Source: an uncultured delta proteobacterium (GTDB lineage: Bacteria > Desulfobacterota > Desulfomonilia > UBA1062). From it: a DNA stretch of 64,000 bases. The stretch lies in the NCBI GenBank assembly GCA_963752595.1, contig CAVVYZ010000002.1:224001-288000 (forward strand). The letters are read 5' to 3'. The notes under the pieces are model-generated. The model was not told the origin of the DNA. It did not search any database and saw only the letters and a program-made list of their open reading frames with translations. Made by a program: the position numbers and the translations under genes. Shown here piece by piece: positions 17,970 to 28,635 of this stretch (its first letter is position 1; every line of letters begins with the position of its first letter).

Positions 17970-18845
17970 ATGGAAGAAAGAATAAACATTATACCCGAAG
18001 TAAGATCGGTGAGCCATGTCTCCTGGGGAAGCATCTTTGCGGGTACAGTTATCGCTCTGGTAGTGCAGTTCACTCTTATCATGCTGGGGTTTGCCATAGG
18101 ATTCGGAACCCTTGCAGCAGTCGAAGGCAATGCTCTTGGCGGTGTCGGGGTCGGCGCTGCCGTCTGGTGGATACTGAGCAGCATCATCGCCCTGTTTATC
18201 GGGGGGTGGATTTCCAGCAGGCTGGCAGGCATGCAGCGAGTTTTTGACGGCCTGCTGCATGGCCTAGTCACCTGGAGCCTCGTAACCCTTATCAGCGTGT
18301 ACCTTCTCACCAGCGGAATCGGTGCTGTCCTCGGCGGTGCTTTCGGGGTGGTAAAGGGTGCGCTGACCCTCTCTGCACAGGGAGCCGCTTCGGTGCTGCC
18401 CCAGATTGTCGGGCAGGTTACCGGGGGGCAGGGTGGTATGTCGAATGCTCTCGAGCAGGAAATAAGGCAGGCCCTGGGACAAGGAGGTGCAGGAAGTGAG
18501 GCAAAGAGACAGAATGTCATCAACGAAGTCCGGAACGACGCACAGAAAATGCTCCAGGGCAGTTATACACCTGCAGACCGCCAGAGGCTCGTCGGTACAA
18601 TCGTGAGCAACAGCAATATGAAGCGGCCTCAGGCTGAGGAGCTTGTCATGAGGATCGAGAGTACCGTGCAGCAGGTACCGAACCAGATTCAGCAGGCTCA
18701 GAATACGGCAAAGCAGGTTGCGGAGAGCGCCTCCAGGGTATTGAGTGCTGCTGCTGTCGCGTCATTCATCATGCTTATCTTCACCGCTGCTGCAGCAGGA
18801 TTTGGCGGATGGATGGGGAGAGTAAGGGGAATAGTAGAAGTCTAG
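17970..18845 (+). CDS. Conserved hypothetical membrane protein
   Basis: VSWGSIFAG, GLLHGLVTW; TM helices around a Gln-rich helical region; SD AAGGAGG. Confidence 0.7.
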   Translation: MEERINIIPEVRSVSHVSWGSIFAGTVIALVVQFTLIMLGFAIGFGTLAAVEGNALGGVGVGAAVWWILSSIIALFIGGWISSRLAGMQRVFDGLLHGLVTWSLVTLISVYLLTSGIGAVLGGAFGVVKGALTLSAQGAASVLPQIVGQVTGGQGGMSNALEQEIRQALGQGGAGSEAKRQNVINEVRNDAQKMLQGSYTPADRQRLVGTIVSNSNMKRPQAEELVMRIESTVQQVPNQIQQAQNTAKQVAESASRVLSAAAVASFIMLIFTAAAAGFGGWMGRVRGIVEV

Positions 18846-18878
18846 AGTCTTGTAAACTTTGTATATGGGACAGTAATG

Positions 18879-18931
18879 CCCCCCCTCCCTCTTCGCCGTT
18901 TCCGGGGGAGAGGACAAGGGAGAGGGGGCAT
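18879..18931. repeat. REP-like intergenic palindrome
   Basis: CCCTCTTCGCCGTTTCCGGGGGAGAGGACAAGGGGAGAGGGGG; reverse complement resembles 14838-14883. Confidence 0.45.
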
Positions 18932-19020
18932 CCTCCCCTATGAATTCAATGTTGGCGAACCGCCGGCATGTCCTGCAGATTGTCTGTAAAAAAGCAACGT
19001 GTCATGCCCTTAAGCTTGAG

Positions 19021-19362
19021 CTATTCAAACAGCTGCTCGAGGTCGTTATTCCCCTGGATGTAACCGGCGTTTTTCTGCCCGGAAAATTGCTTGGAAAACG
19101 GTGCGAATGACGTTTTAGGCAATGCTGCCGACGGTTTGCCCGCGTATACCCATATAAACTTGTTCGTGCCTTGTTCGCCGGTCAGTTGCCAAACATCGCC
19201 CGTGTCGCAGTTGATTATCCAGGTGGAAGCGCCTGTGGTTATCTGATAGTGACCGGGGAGGCTCTCCGGTGCGTTCCGGTCCTGTGCCGCTATCAGTATG
19301 GCGACCAAACCGAGTAAAAGACCGATCATCAGGCTTTTCCAATCAATCTTTTGTTCAGCCAT
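19021..19362 (-). CDS. Hypothetical small membrane-anchored protein
   Basis: MAEQKIDWKSLMIGLLLG; GHYQIT..WIINCDTGDVW; SD GGAGG. Confidence 0.6.
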   Translation of the reverse strand: MAEQKIDWKSLMIGLLLGLVAILIAAQDRNAPESLPGHYQITTGASTWIINCDTGDVWQLTGEQGTNKFIWVYAGKPSAALPKTSFAPFSKQFSGQKNAGYIQGNNDLEQLFE

Positions 19363-19547
19363 TTTACCTCCTCTCGTGCAATGAATACCCTTTACGATGC
19401 TGATAATAATATGAAGAATTCCAATCAACAGGATAGGTTTAAAAATCGGAACGTTGCAGATCCCATTATTATATGTTTTTATGAACTTTTGATAATGATG
19501 CATGATTCTGATGATTACGTGGTAGTTTTCATGAAAGAGGTGCGAGA

Positions 19548-19961
19548 ATGACTGATATTGCTGAGAAGATCGTACGTGACCCCTATGCCCGGTTCCTGGG
19601 AATCTCGGTTGATAAGATAGAGGAGGGCTATGCCTGCTGTTCGGTGACGATTACCGGGGATATGCTCAATTTCCTCGGTATGGTCCATGGAGGACTTATC
19701 TTCAGCCTGGCCGACGTCGCCTTCTCTGCCGCCTCGAACAGGGACCATTCCCCCTCATTCGCCCTTGATGTGAGCGGATCGTTCCTCAAGACGGCAAAGA
19801 TAGGGGATAAGATCACGGCAGAAGCCGAGCTCATCCACACCACGAGAAGGACCGGATTATACAGAATGAGCGTACGCAGCGGCAAAGACCTGATCGCAAC
19901 ATTCAACGGCACGGTTTTCAGGAAAGTCGAAAGCTGGAAGCTTTTAGGGGGCGGTGTATGA
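19548..19961 (+). CDS. PaaI-family hotdog thioesterase
   Basis: DPYARFLG, MLNFLGMVHGGLIFSLADVAFSAASN. Confidence 0.92.
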   Translation: MTDIAEKIVRDPYARFLGISVDKIEEGYACCSVTITGDMLNFLGMVHGGLIFSLADVAFSAASNRDHSPSFALDVSGSFLKTAKIGDKITAEAELIHTTRRTGLYRMSVRSGKDLIATFNGTVFRKVESWKLLGGGV

Positions 19962-20569
19962 ATAAATATGAGCAGGCAGCGCTACTGGCAGTCGGTATGG
20001 CGGCTCTGGTTGTTTCCGGGATAGGTCCCTATGACAGGGCTACCTGGATAATGGAGGTTTTTCCCATTTTCATCGGGGTTCCGATTCTCATCGGCGTCTA
20101 TCCCCGCTTCCGGTTCACTCCTCTTGCCTACCGTCTCATATTCATCCACGCCCTGATCCTGATGATCGGAGGCCACTATACCTATGCCCGTGTGCCCATA
20201 GGATTCTGGGTGCAGGATCTCTTCGATCTGGGCCGCAATCACTACGACCGTCTGGGTCATCTTGCCCAGGGATTCATCCCCGCCATTCTGGTGCGAGAGG
20301 TCCTTATCAGAACGTCTCCCCTGAAACCGGGAAAGTGGCTGTTCTTTCTCGTGACCTCGGTCTGCCTTGCCGTCAGTGCCTGCTATGAATTCATTGAATG
20401 GTGGGCTGCATTGATCGGCGGCGAGAGCGCACAGGATTTTCTCGGTACACAGGGAGATGTCTGGGACACGCAATGGGATATGTTCCTGGCCTTCATCGGC
20501 GCCATGCTCGCTCAGATCCTGCTTTCCCGCATGCATGACAGGCAGCTGAGAGATTTTGATCATCAATAA
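19958..20569 (+). CDS. DUF2238 membrane protein
   Basis: GGHYTYARVP, RNHYDRLGH, YEFIEWW, FLGTQGDVWDTQWDM. Confidence 0.92.
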   Translation: MNKYEQAALLAVGMAALVVSGIGPYDRATWIMEVFPIFIGVPILIGVYPRFRFTPLAYRLIFIHALILMIGGHYTYARVPIGFWVQDLFDLGRNHYDRLGHLAQGFIPAILVREVLIRTSPLKPGKWLFFLVTSVCLAVSACYEFIEWWAALIGGESAQDFLGTQGDVWDTQWDMFLAFIGAMLAQILLSRMHDRQLRDFDHQ

Positions 20570-20662
20570 ATGATAGCCGGCCCTTTCTTACCCCTCTTCG
20601 ATTTCGCCCCGAGGGATGCTTCGGTGAGGTTGCGGGGACGCGTACCCTGTGTCCCTGAATAT

Positions 20663-21202
20663 TTATGCGCCGCCCTGGGATGAGATAAATCCCCGGGGAG
20701 TAGAGCCCGTATCGGACGGGGTCCCGGCAATCTGCGCGAGGAATGCCCCGTTGAGCTCTTCTATGTGATCGCCGACATTGGTGAAATAGTTAAAGTGTAC
20801 CTGCTCCTCATCGATGATCGTCTCAAAAAGCTTCATGCTGGTGCTGTCATTGTTTTCCCGGCAAATCTCCCGCAGCTCGTTGTAGACGTCGATGGTATTC
20901 CCCTCTAGCTGGGCGTCGAAAGGAAAGATCGCATCTATTTTCTGATTCTTCACAACCTTGTCCGAAGGGTTGACAGTCGGCTCACCGTCGAGCTCTTTGA
21001 TCCTCTCGGCAAACATCTCTGCATGGCGCATCTCGTCAATGGCGATAAGCTTCACCTTTGCGGCGAGATCGCCGTAATCCATGTCGGCAAGGTCATAATG
21101 CTGGATCATGTATTGATAAATGGCGCGCAGTTCCATGGACCTGCCTTTGTTGAGCGCATCGATCACCTTTTTCTTCCTATCATCTTTGAGCTTCTGAGCC
21201 AT
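20663..21202 (-). CDS. bfr: Bacterioferritin/ferritin-like diiron protein
   Basis: ELRAIYQY, DEMRHAE, DEEQVH ferroxidase motifs. Confidence 0.8.
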   Translation of the reverse strand: MAQKLKDDRKKKVIDALNKGRSMELRAIYQYMIQHYDLADMDYGDLAAKVKLIAIDEMRHAEMFAERIKELDGEPTVNPSDKVVKNQKIDAIFPFDAQLEGNTIDVYNELREICRENNDSTSMKLFETIIDEEQVHFNYFTNVGDHIEELNGAFLAQIAGTPSDTGSTPRGFISSQGGA

Positions 21203-21305
21203 ACATACCTCCCCTCTTAAGCCTATAATAATAAGTAAGCCCGGCAGAGAAGCTCACAAGCCCTGATGACGATCATCATAAACGTGGCTCGCAGGGTACT
21301 TTGAT

Positions 21306-22448
21306 TTAATAACGCAGGTGGACGAGATCGATTATTGTGACCTCGGGCCTGGTGAGGAACCGGATGGGTGGACCCCAGGTGCCGGTTCCCTGGCTGACGT
21401 ACAGGTGGGAGCCCTTCGAAAGATCGTGCCGGCCGGTCACGCGGGAGAAAAAGATCCGGACGAGAAGCTTGAACGGGAAGATCTGCCCGTTGTGGGTGTG
21501 GCCGGAAAGCTGAAGGTCGTACAGGCCCAGGGCATTTTCAGCGACATACGGCTGGTGCTTGAGCAGGAGGATGAAAGTGTCTCTCGGAAGCCCGGAAAGA
21601 AGCTCTGTTTCCTGCGGTGTCGGCTTCAGGCCGAAATGTTTTCCTGTCGGGTCGTCTATGCCGGCGATCGTGATGAGGTTTGGAATAGTCGCAACCTCTC
21701 CCCTGAGCAGGGTGAAACCCGCCCTTCTCGTGATCTCCAGGGAATGCGGGAGCCCTGCGTAGAATTCGTGGTTCCCGGTGACGGCAAATTTACCATACCG
21801 GGGTCGAATCTCTGCGAATGCGTCTGCCGGATTCGCCAGGCTGTCGATCTGCCCGTCCACGAGATCACCCGTGGAGATGAGGATGTCCGGGTCAGCCTCC
21901 CTGATCACCTGAAGAATCCTTTCCACCCTCTCTTGCCGGACGATGAGGCCGAGGTGGACGTCGGATATCTGCGCGATCCGCAAGCGACCAAGGGAAGCCG
22001 GGATCTTGGATGTCCGGATGACAATCTCATGAGGCCTGATGCGCAAGGCCTCGAAATATCCGTATGCCGAGAAAACAAGGGCGAGAATCAGCGGGGCAAG
22101 GAAAGCCTCCCGTGCAGAGGGCATGAAACATGCAGGATTCCAGCGGAATATCATACCGGCCCCGGAGAGGGACAAGCGGTACAGATCGGTCAGGATTGAT
22201 ACGCTGAAGAAGAGAAAGAACACCCCCATCCAGGTGTAGCCAAGGTAGGAGAGCAACCGTGCCGGTGTATCATACCCATGCCGTTCCAGGATACGGATCA
22301 GGATGGGAGCCACGATCATGGCTGTCATGAACAGAGCGAGGAGTGCCCCTGTGAAGGCCCCGAAGGGAAAGGCCGCCTTTATTCTGAAGAAGGCATAGAC
22401 ATGAGCGGCACTGTAGATGCCGAGGATAATGAGCAGAAACAAGGACAT
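21306..22448 (-). CDS. Membrane-anchored metallophosphoesterase (YkuE-like)
   Basis: SDVHLG, TGDLVD, GNHE, HQP, SGHTHNGQ. Confidence 0.92.
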   Translation of the reverse strand: MSLFLLIILGIYSAAHVYAFFRIKAAFPFGAFTGALLALFMTAMIVAPILIRILERHGYDTPARLLSYLGYTWMGVFFLFFSVSILTDLYRLSLSGAGMIFRWNPACFMPSAREAFLAPLILALVFSAYGYFEALRIRPHEIVIRTSKIPASLGRLRIAQISDVHLGLIVRQERVERILQVIREADPDILISTGDLVDGQIDSLANPADAFAEIRPRYGKFAVTGNHEFYAGLPHSLEITRRAGFTLLRGEVATIPNLITIAGIDDPTGKHFGLKPTPQETELLSGLPRDTFILLLKHQPYVAENALGLYDLQLSGHTHNGQIFPFKLLVRIFFSRVTGRHDLSKGSHLYVSQGTGTWGPPIRFLTRPEVTIIDLVHLRY

Positions 22449-22710
22449 GGTGGTCTCCCTTAAGATTCTTTTTCCTCACACCATTCAATAATACCCTACA
22501 TGGCCGGCTAGGGGAACCCTTTCCGGGGGGAAGGCCGCCGCCCGCAGGCCCCTGATGATGGGAATCCGCAGATCACTCGTGCCTGGCATGGACAGCCCCC
22601 GAGCATGGCGAAAATCTGAAAGACCTTGCTCCATATGGATAAAATTGCTGGCATTGTTATTATAGGAATTAGATAAATCTAATCCGTCCGGAATGTGAAA
22701 AGGGATTCAT

Positions 22711-23469
22711 ATGGCTCCGTTGTGGGTACAGGCAGGTTTCTGGGGATTTGCAGCCGGTTCCGCACTGCTCATCGGGGTGGCGGTTGTGTATCTCTTCAAT
22801 CTGCCGCAGCGTGCTATTGCATCTGTGATGTCATTCGGCAGCGGGGTGCTCATTTCGGCCCTGTCGTTTGAACTGATGGAAAATTCATTCCGGCTGGGCG
22901 GGCTTGATTCGGTAGCCGTCGGCTTTATTACCGGTGCAACCGCGTATACCGTTGCCAACTTTTATCTCTCCTACAAAGGTGCAAAGCACCGCAAGCGCTC
23001 AGGAGATCAGCAGTTATCCGAGAAAGAAGAATGGGGAAGCGGCACTGCCATCGCCATCGGCTCGCTGCTCGATAATATCCCGGAATCTCTTGTCATAGGG
23101 TTGAGCATGCTCGGCGGCGGCAAGGTAAGCTTTGCCCTGGTGACGGCCGTCTTCATCTCCAATTTCCCTGAAGGGCTCTCCAGTGCAGCAGGTATGAAAA
23201 AGGCAGGGAGGTCGGCGAATTACATTTTTCTTGTATGGGGATTTATCGCCTTGTCCACAGGCATCGCATCTCTTGCGGGCTACTGGTATTTTCAGGATGC
23301 CTCGCCCGAGTTGGTTGCAGCAGTCACTTCCATGGCTGCAGGAACGATGCTTGTGATGATAGCAGACACCATGATTCCTGAAGCATTCAGCGAGAGTTAT
23401 GAATTTGCAGGGTTTATTACCGGTATCGGCTTTCTGATATCCTATGCATTGAGAAAATCCGGGTGGTGA
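22711..23469 (+). CDS. ZIP family metal transporter
   Basis: FGSGVLISA, LDNIPES, ISNFPEGLSS, DTMIPEAF. Confidence 0.9.
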   Translation: MAPLWVQAGFWGFAAGSALLIGVAVVYLFNLPQRAIASVMSFGSGVLISALSFELMENSFRLGGLDSVAVGFITGATAYTVANFYLSYKGAKHRKRSGDQQLSEKEEWGSGTAIAIGSLLDNIPESLVIGLSMLGGGKVSFALVTAVFISNFPEGLSSAAGMKKAGRSANYIFLVWGFIALSTGIASLAGYWYFQDASPELVAAVTSMAAGTMLVMIADTMIPEAFSESYEFAGFITGIGFLISYALRKSGW

Positions 23470-23601
23470 TGAAGAAACCTGTGGCGATTGAAAGGTACGT
23501 CGGCGTTATTTCCGATACCCATGGGCCGATCAGGGCAAAGACGTATCCGGAAATAATCGAAATAGCGGTATAAGACAAAGGAAGAGGGGACATACCTTTT
23601 T

Positions 23602-24276
23602 ATGACACATCCTATGGGCCTGCAATTAGGATGGTATGGGAAGAGGGCACTCCTCTTTGTTGAATGCATTGTCCTTTTTTTCATCATTCCTGCAGCACTC
23701 TATTTCCACAGGCATTGGTTTGCTTGGCGGATAACCCCCATCGTCCTCGTGATTGCAGCAGGGTGCTTTCTCTATCTGATCGCCGACAAAAGCTTCGATA
23801 AGAGGAAATTGTGGAATACCCGAAATATTTCAGAACATATCGGGAAGATCATCCTGACCTTCGTTGTCCCTGCCGTCATGGTCGGCATGTTTACCTATTT
23901 CTTTCAGAAGGTCCATTTTTTATACTTCGTGTCTGCCGAACCTTGGCTGTGGTTGGTATTTATCCTGATTTACCCCTTGCTTGCCGTATATCCGCAGGAG
24001 ATCGTATTCAGGGCTTTCTTCTTTCACAGGTACAAAAGCCTGTTTACGGACAGGGTAACCATGATCCTCTTCAGCGGGATAAGCTTCGGAATCGCCCACC
24101 TCTTTTATGCCAACTGGTTTGCCCCCGTTCTGTCCACATTCGGCGGGATGCTCTTCGCCTATCGGTATGCAAAGGCGGATTCACTCGTAGCTGCCGCCAT
24201 AGAACATGGGCTCTGGGGAAATTTCCTTTTCACCGTCGGATTGGGATGGTATTTTTACAGCGGTTCGATCCCCTGA
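23602..24276 (+). CDS. CPBP (CAAX/Abi) intramembrane metalloprotease family
   Basis: PQEIVFRAFF, FGIAH, EHGLWGN. Confidence 0.85.
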   Translation: MTHPMGLQLGWYGKRALLFVECIVLFFIIPAALYFHRHWFAWRITPIVLVIAAGCFLYLIADKSFDKRKLWNTRNISEHIGKIILTFVVPAVMVGMFTYFFQKVHFLYFVSAEPWLWLVFILIYPLLAVYPQEIVFRAFFFHRYKSLFTDRVTMILFSGISFGIAHLFYANWFAPVLSTFGGMLFAYRYAKADSLVAAAIEHGLWGNFLFTVGLGWYFYSGSIP

Positions 24277-24552
24277 TACGACATCTATAATTGCCTTATG
24301 ATAATTGCCGGTTAAAAAATAATGTGAACGCCGGCGCTTGCAATGAAAAGCTGGGAAATGAGGATGCAAGCCTGATTAGAGCAGATCGGCATTGTATTTT
24401 CGCCTTGGTGTGATAATGGAGATTTTGCCGCGCCATTGTGCATGGAAAATGCATTTACATCACGATCGGCACTATTGCGAACATATGAGGAAGAGAGATA
24501 CAGGAAACATCCTAAAAAAAGATGCCGTCTTAATCGGCTGGAGATAGAAAAA

Positions 24553-24741
24553 ATGAAAAGAATCTGTGCTTGGTGTGGAAGGGACATGGGACTGGTGGAT
24601 ACTGCCCTCTACCCGGAATCAACAGTTACCCACGGCATCTGCCCGAGTTGCGCCCGTAAATACTTTCATGAACCGAAGAGATCGTTGCGCAATTTCTTCA
24701 TGCGGCTCATGGTGCCCATCTTCCATCTCGTAAAGACGTGA
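24553..24741 (+). CDS. Small zinc-ribbon protein
   Basis: MKRICAWCGRDMG...THGICPSC; SD GGAG. Confidence 0.65.
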   Translation: MKRICAWCGRDMGLVDTALYPESTVTHGICPSCARKYFHEPKRSLRNFFMRLMVPIFHLVKT

Positions 24742-25114
24742 TGAAGCACTGATACCATTTTTGTACGCGGCATGTACAAAAATGAATGCAGAATTGATCG
24801 TTGGCGAGAAAAGCGGTTTTTAGTTTTCATGCACTTAAAGATTGCATCACGGGAAATGATATCAAAGAAGACCTCTTAAGGGTTCGTAAGGTTTTTCAGT
24901 ATTACCTCCGGTTGCCTTTTTTACGTATCATTGATCCGTGCGCCTTTTTTCCCAAAAAAGCAGGTCCGGAAATGACGGCCACCTTCATCCCTAAAAGGGC
25001 GTGCTTCCCTTGTGCAGCGATTCGTGCTCACTTGATTTACCACATGAATACTTTTATACCATTCTATACCGGAGCTCCGCGTAAGGCTTACTTTTTACAA
25101 GAAGGGGGAAGCCC

Positions 25115-25860
25115 ATGGAAAACGGTGCTGCAAAGATCGTAAAGGTCGAGAAGGAAAATCAGGAAATAACATCACTTTACATCGAAGAGTTTGATGAATC
25201 TTTCCGTAAGCGCCGGGCAGGCAGCTTCCTTACGCTGAAGATCATGCAGAATGGGGAATGGAGCAAGCCGCATCCGTTTACGATATCGTGCGCCCCGGAA
25301 GATCAGCAGCTCCGGGTGACCATGAAAAAGCTGGGTGCCTTCACGACTGCTGCGCACGAGCTCAAACCGGGGGACGAGGTCATCTGCACCGGTCCGTATG
25401 GCCTGTTCTGCAAGGACATCGATTCCCGGATCCTATCATCATGATCGCCGGCGGTGTGGGAATCACACCTTTCTTGAGCGTCCTGAGGCATTTCAGAAAC
25501 ATCAAGTCCGGCAGCCGGGTGCTCCTCATCTGGTCCAATAAAACGATCGAAGATGCCTTTGCGCTGGACGAACTGAAACAGATGACCCGTGAGATTCCCT
25601 TGAAGGTCGTGCATAACCTGAGTAGGGTAGAAGAAGGTACGGATATAGCAGGGTATGCGGAAGATGATTATCCTGAAGCCTTCTATGAGTCGGGCAGATG
25701 CACGAGGGACCTGATCAGGAAATACCTGCCCCCGAACAGCACAGCCATGTACCTCTGCGGGCCGCCCCCGATGCAGGATTTCGTCATCGGAGAGCTGGAG
25801 TCCTTAGGTGTGGACCCCAAGAGTGTGAAAAAAGAGAGTTTCACCTGGAAGACCTCATAG
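25115..25860 (+). CDS. Ferredoxin-NADP reductase family FAD/NAD(P) oxidoreductase (frameshift ~25430)
   Basis: HPFTIS, GPYG, IAGGVGITPF, YLCGPPPM, KESF. Confidence 0.88.
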
Positions 25861-26009
25861 GCGGGTTCTGATGGCTGAGGCAAACGTACTCCAGGCGCTG
25901 ATCATTACCACGGGGGCAGGGCTCTCCACTGCCATCGGCCGTGCCTTGGGGCTTTTCTCAAAAGAGCCGTCAGCCCGGTTCCTGTCCTTTTCGCTCGGAT
26001 TCTCGGTGA

Positions 26010-26762
26010 TCACCCTTTCAGGATGATCCCCACCGGGCAGTGATCCGACCCGCGGATGTGCTTGAAGATGAAGGCATCCTGAAGCGCACTTTTCAGGGAT
26101 GCGGATATCCAGAAATAGTCGATCCGCCACCCGATGTCCTTCGTGCGTGCATCGAAACGGTACGACCACCAGGTATAGTTGCCCGGTTCCTTGTTGAATT
26201 CCCTGAAGGTATCGATGAAACCGCTTTCCACGCACCTGTCCAGCGCGGTGCGCTCCTCGATGGTGAACCCGGGATTGCGCATGTTCGATTTGGGGTTCTT
26301 CAGGTCGATCTCCTTATGGGCCGCGTTGAGATCACCGCAGAAGATCACCGGCTTCTGCCTGTCCAGCTTCTTTAAAAATGCGAGAAAATCCGCATCCCAC
26401 TTCATGCGGTAATCGAGTCTCGCGAGCTCATGCTGGGCGTTGGGCGCATAGACGTTCACGAGAAAGAACCCGTCGAATTCGAGGGTAACGATCCTTCCCT
26501 CGCGGTCATGCTCGGGGATTCCTATTCCGTAGGAGACCGAGACAGGCTCGATCCTGGAGAAGACGGCCGTGCCGGAATACCCCCTCTTGTCTGCGCAGTT
26601 CCAGTACTGCAGGTATCCGGGCAGGTCGATCTTTATCTGGTCAAGCCCTATCTTGGTTTCCTGAAGGCAGAGGATATCCGGGTCCATTTCTGCCATAGAG
26701 GTAAGAAAGCCGTTCTTGATTGCAGCCCTGATGCCGTTGACATTCCACGATACAAGCTTCAC
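26010..26762 (-). CDS. xth: Exodeoxyribonuclease III (AP endonuclease)
   Basis: SWNVNGIRA, CLQETK, GDLNAAH, GWRIDY, GSDHCP. Confidence 0.96.
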   Translation of the reverse strand: MKLVSWNVNGIRAAIKNGFLTSMAEMDPDILCLQETKIGLDQIKIDLPGYLQYWNCADKRGYSGTAVFSRIEPVSVSYGIGIPEHDREGRIVTLEFDGFFLVNVYAPNAQHELARLDYRMKWDADFLAFLKKLDRQKPVIFCGDLNAAHKEIDLKNPKSNMRNPGFTIEERTALDRCVESGFIDTFREFNKEPGNYTWWSYRFDARTKDIGWRIDYFWISASLKSALQDAFIFKHIRGSDHCPVGIILKG

Positions 26763-26979
26763 CCCGTCACTCCTCCTGCACATGTGCGTAAAACAAAGCT
26801 CTGTCACGCCTGCCGCGTCAGGCGGTCAGGTTTTGCCTTTATATACCAAAGCTTTTTTTCTTTCTATTCCGGATTACAAAGGCCAATGTCCCATAACGTG
26901 CATTGATTCTTTTTACACCATTGATCTCGATGATACTTTGGGTATTATGGAGATATCTCTCCTGGATGATGAGGAAGCT

Positions 26980-28134
26980 ATGGCTGAAGTATCGCTCTTG
27001 AGGTGCGAGGGATATTCTCCCGGAGAACTCAAGGAAAGGATTATCGAGGGCCTTAAGGGATGCCGTTTCCCTCTGAAATCTTTTCAGAGCGCACGCGTTG
27101 TGCTGAAGCCTAATCTCCTGTCAGCTGCCGATCCTGAAAGCGGGGTAGTGACCCATCCCGGCTTTTTCCGGGCAGCTGCAGAGATCGTCCTCGACTACGG
27201 GGGAAGGCCGGTGCTGGCGGAGTCCCCTGCCGTGGCGTCCCTGCACAATGCCTTGCGGGCCACCACGTATGACGCGATCATGCGGCACCTCGGGATCGAG
27301 GCGGCGGATCCGTCAAAGGTCCATAGGATCTCGTATCCTGAGGCAAAGAGATTCAAGAGCTTTGAGATTGCTCAAGCTTTCTTCGAAGCGGACATTATCG
27401 TCAACCTGCCGAAGTTCAAGACCCACGGGTTAACCTATGTGACGGCGAGTGTAAAAAACCTCTTCGGCGCTGTGCCCGGGATGAGGAAATCGCAGATGCA
27501 CATGAAGCTTCCGGAAAGGGGAGAGTTCTGCGAGGCAATCCTCGACCTCTATGGCGCCTTCCTCAGAGGCTTTCATCCGGAGAAGCCGCTTGTTCATATC
27601 ATGGATGCAGTTACCGCCCTTGAAGGAGACGGACCGGGAACCGGCGGGAGGCCGAGGAAGATGAATGCGGTCATCGTAGGGATCGACGGTCTGGCCGTGG
27701 ACTGGGTGGCGACCTCCGTGAGCGGACTCGATCCCCGCCTTTCTCCCATCCTTACCCTGGGATTCCGGAGAGGCCTTGGTGTGTCTTCGGAAAAGGAGAT
27801 CACCGTTATCGGCCGTGAGATCAAGGATATGCTCATCCAGGGTTTTGTCCCTGCATCAGGCCCCGGGATGACCGGCCTCCTTCGCGTGTCTCTGATAAAG
27901 TCACTGCTGAACAAGCTTTTTATCGGAAGGCCTGTTCCGATCGAGGATCGCTGCAGCCTATGCTACCAGTGCATGAAAATCTGCCCCGTGCAGGCGATCG
28001 ACAAGGCACTTCCCGGTCAGAGCAGGCCGTATATCGACTACGATCGGTGCATCAGGTGTTTCTGCTGCATGGAAGCGTGTCCTGAAGACGGAATATCGGC
28101 ACGGAAGGGAATGCTTCAACGGTTGATGAGGTGA
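26980..28134 (+). CDS. DUF362 protein with C-terminal 2x[4Fe-4S] domain
   Basis: LKPNLL, VTHP, NLPKFKTH, VKNLFG; CSLCYQCMKICP and CIRCFCCMEACP. Confidence 0.9.
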   Translation: MAEVSLLRCEGYSPGELKERIIEGLKGCRFPLKSFQSARVVLKPNLLSAADPESGVVTHPGFFRAAAEIVLDYGGRPVLAESPAVASLHNALRATTYDAIMRHLGIEAADPSKVHRISYPEAKRFKSFEIAQAFFEADIIVNLPKFKTHGLTYVTASVKNLFGAVPGMRKSQMHMKLPERGEFCEAILDLYGAFLRGFHPEKPLVHIMDAVTALEGDGPGTGGRPRKMNAVIVGIDGLAVDWVATSVSGLDPRLSPILTLGFRRGLGVSSEKEITVIGREIKDMLIQGFVPASGPGMTGLLRVSLIKSLLNKLFIGRPVPIEDRCSLCYQCMKICPVQAIDKALPGQSRPYIDYDRCIRCFCCMEACPEDGISARKGMLQRLMR

Positions 28135-28284
28135 AGGGGCGCTTTCATGACTCCATAAGACAGCATGCATGTCAAAGGATATCGGGTCAGGGGGCAAAAA
28201 AGCAAAGGAAACCCTGGAAAATGCAACGAATCTATTGTAATCTTTTACAAGATCCCTTACACCCATCAAAGGGAGGTGGTTTCT

Positions 28285-28566
28285 ATGAAGTCCCGACATG
28301 AACTGCAGAAGGTTTTTGCCGATATCAGGGATTATCAAGAAATGATATCCTTTTTTGAAGAAATATTCACGCCCAAAGAGATCAATGACCTTGAACTCAG
28401 ATGGGAACTCCTGAAGGAACTGCATGCCGGACATACCCAGAGGAAGATCGCGGCAAAGCACAATATAAGCCTTTGCAAGATAACGAGAGGCTCAAAAATA
28501 TTAAAAAAGCCGGGCTCCATCACGAAGAGGCTGCTCGATGCCTCCTACGGGCCAAAGAAAGAATGA
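28285..28566 (+). CDS. TrpR/YerC-YecD-like repressor
   Basis: FTPKEINDLELRW, TQRKIA..SLCKITRGSK. Confidence 0.85.
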   Translation: MKSRHELQKVFADIRDYQEMISFFEEIFTPKEINDLELRWELLKELHAGHTQRKIAAKHNISLCKITRGSKILKKPGSITKRLLDASYGPKKE

Positions 28567-28635
28567 TGCCCCGGGCAGCCGAAGGCACCGTATCAACCCG
28601 GCCGTGGTGATCCTTATGATCGGGGAGGGGAACCC

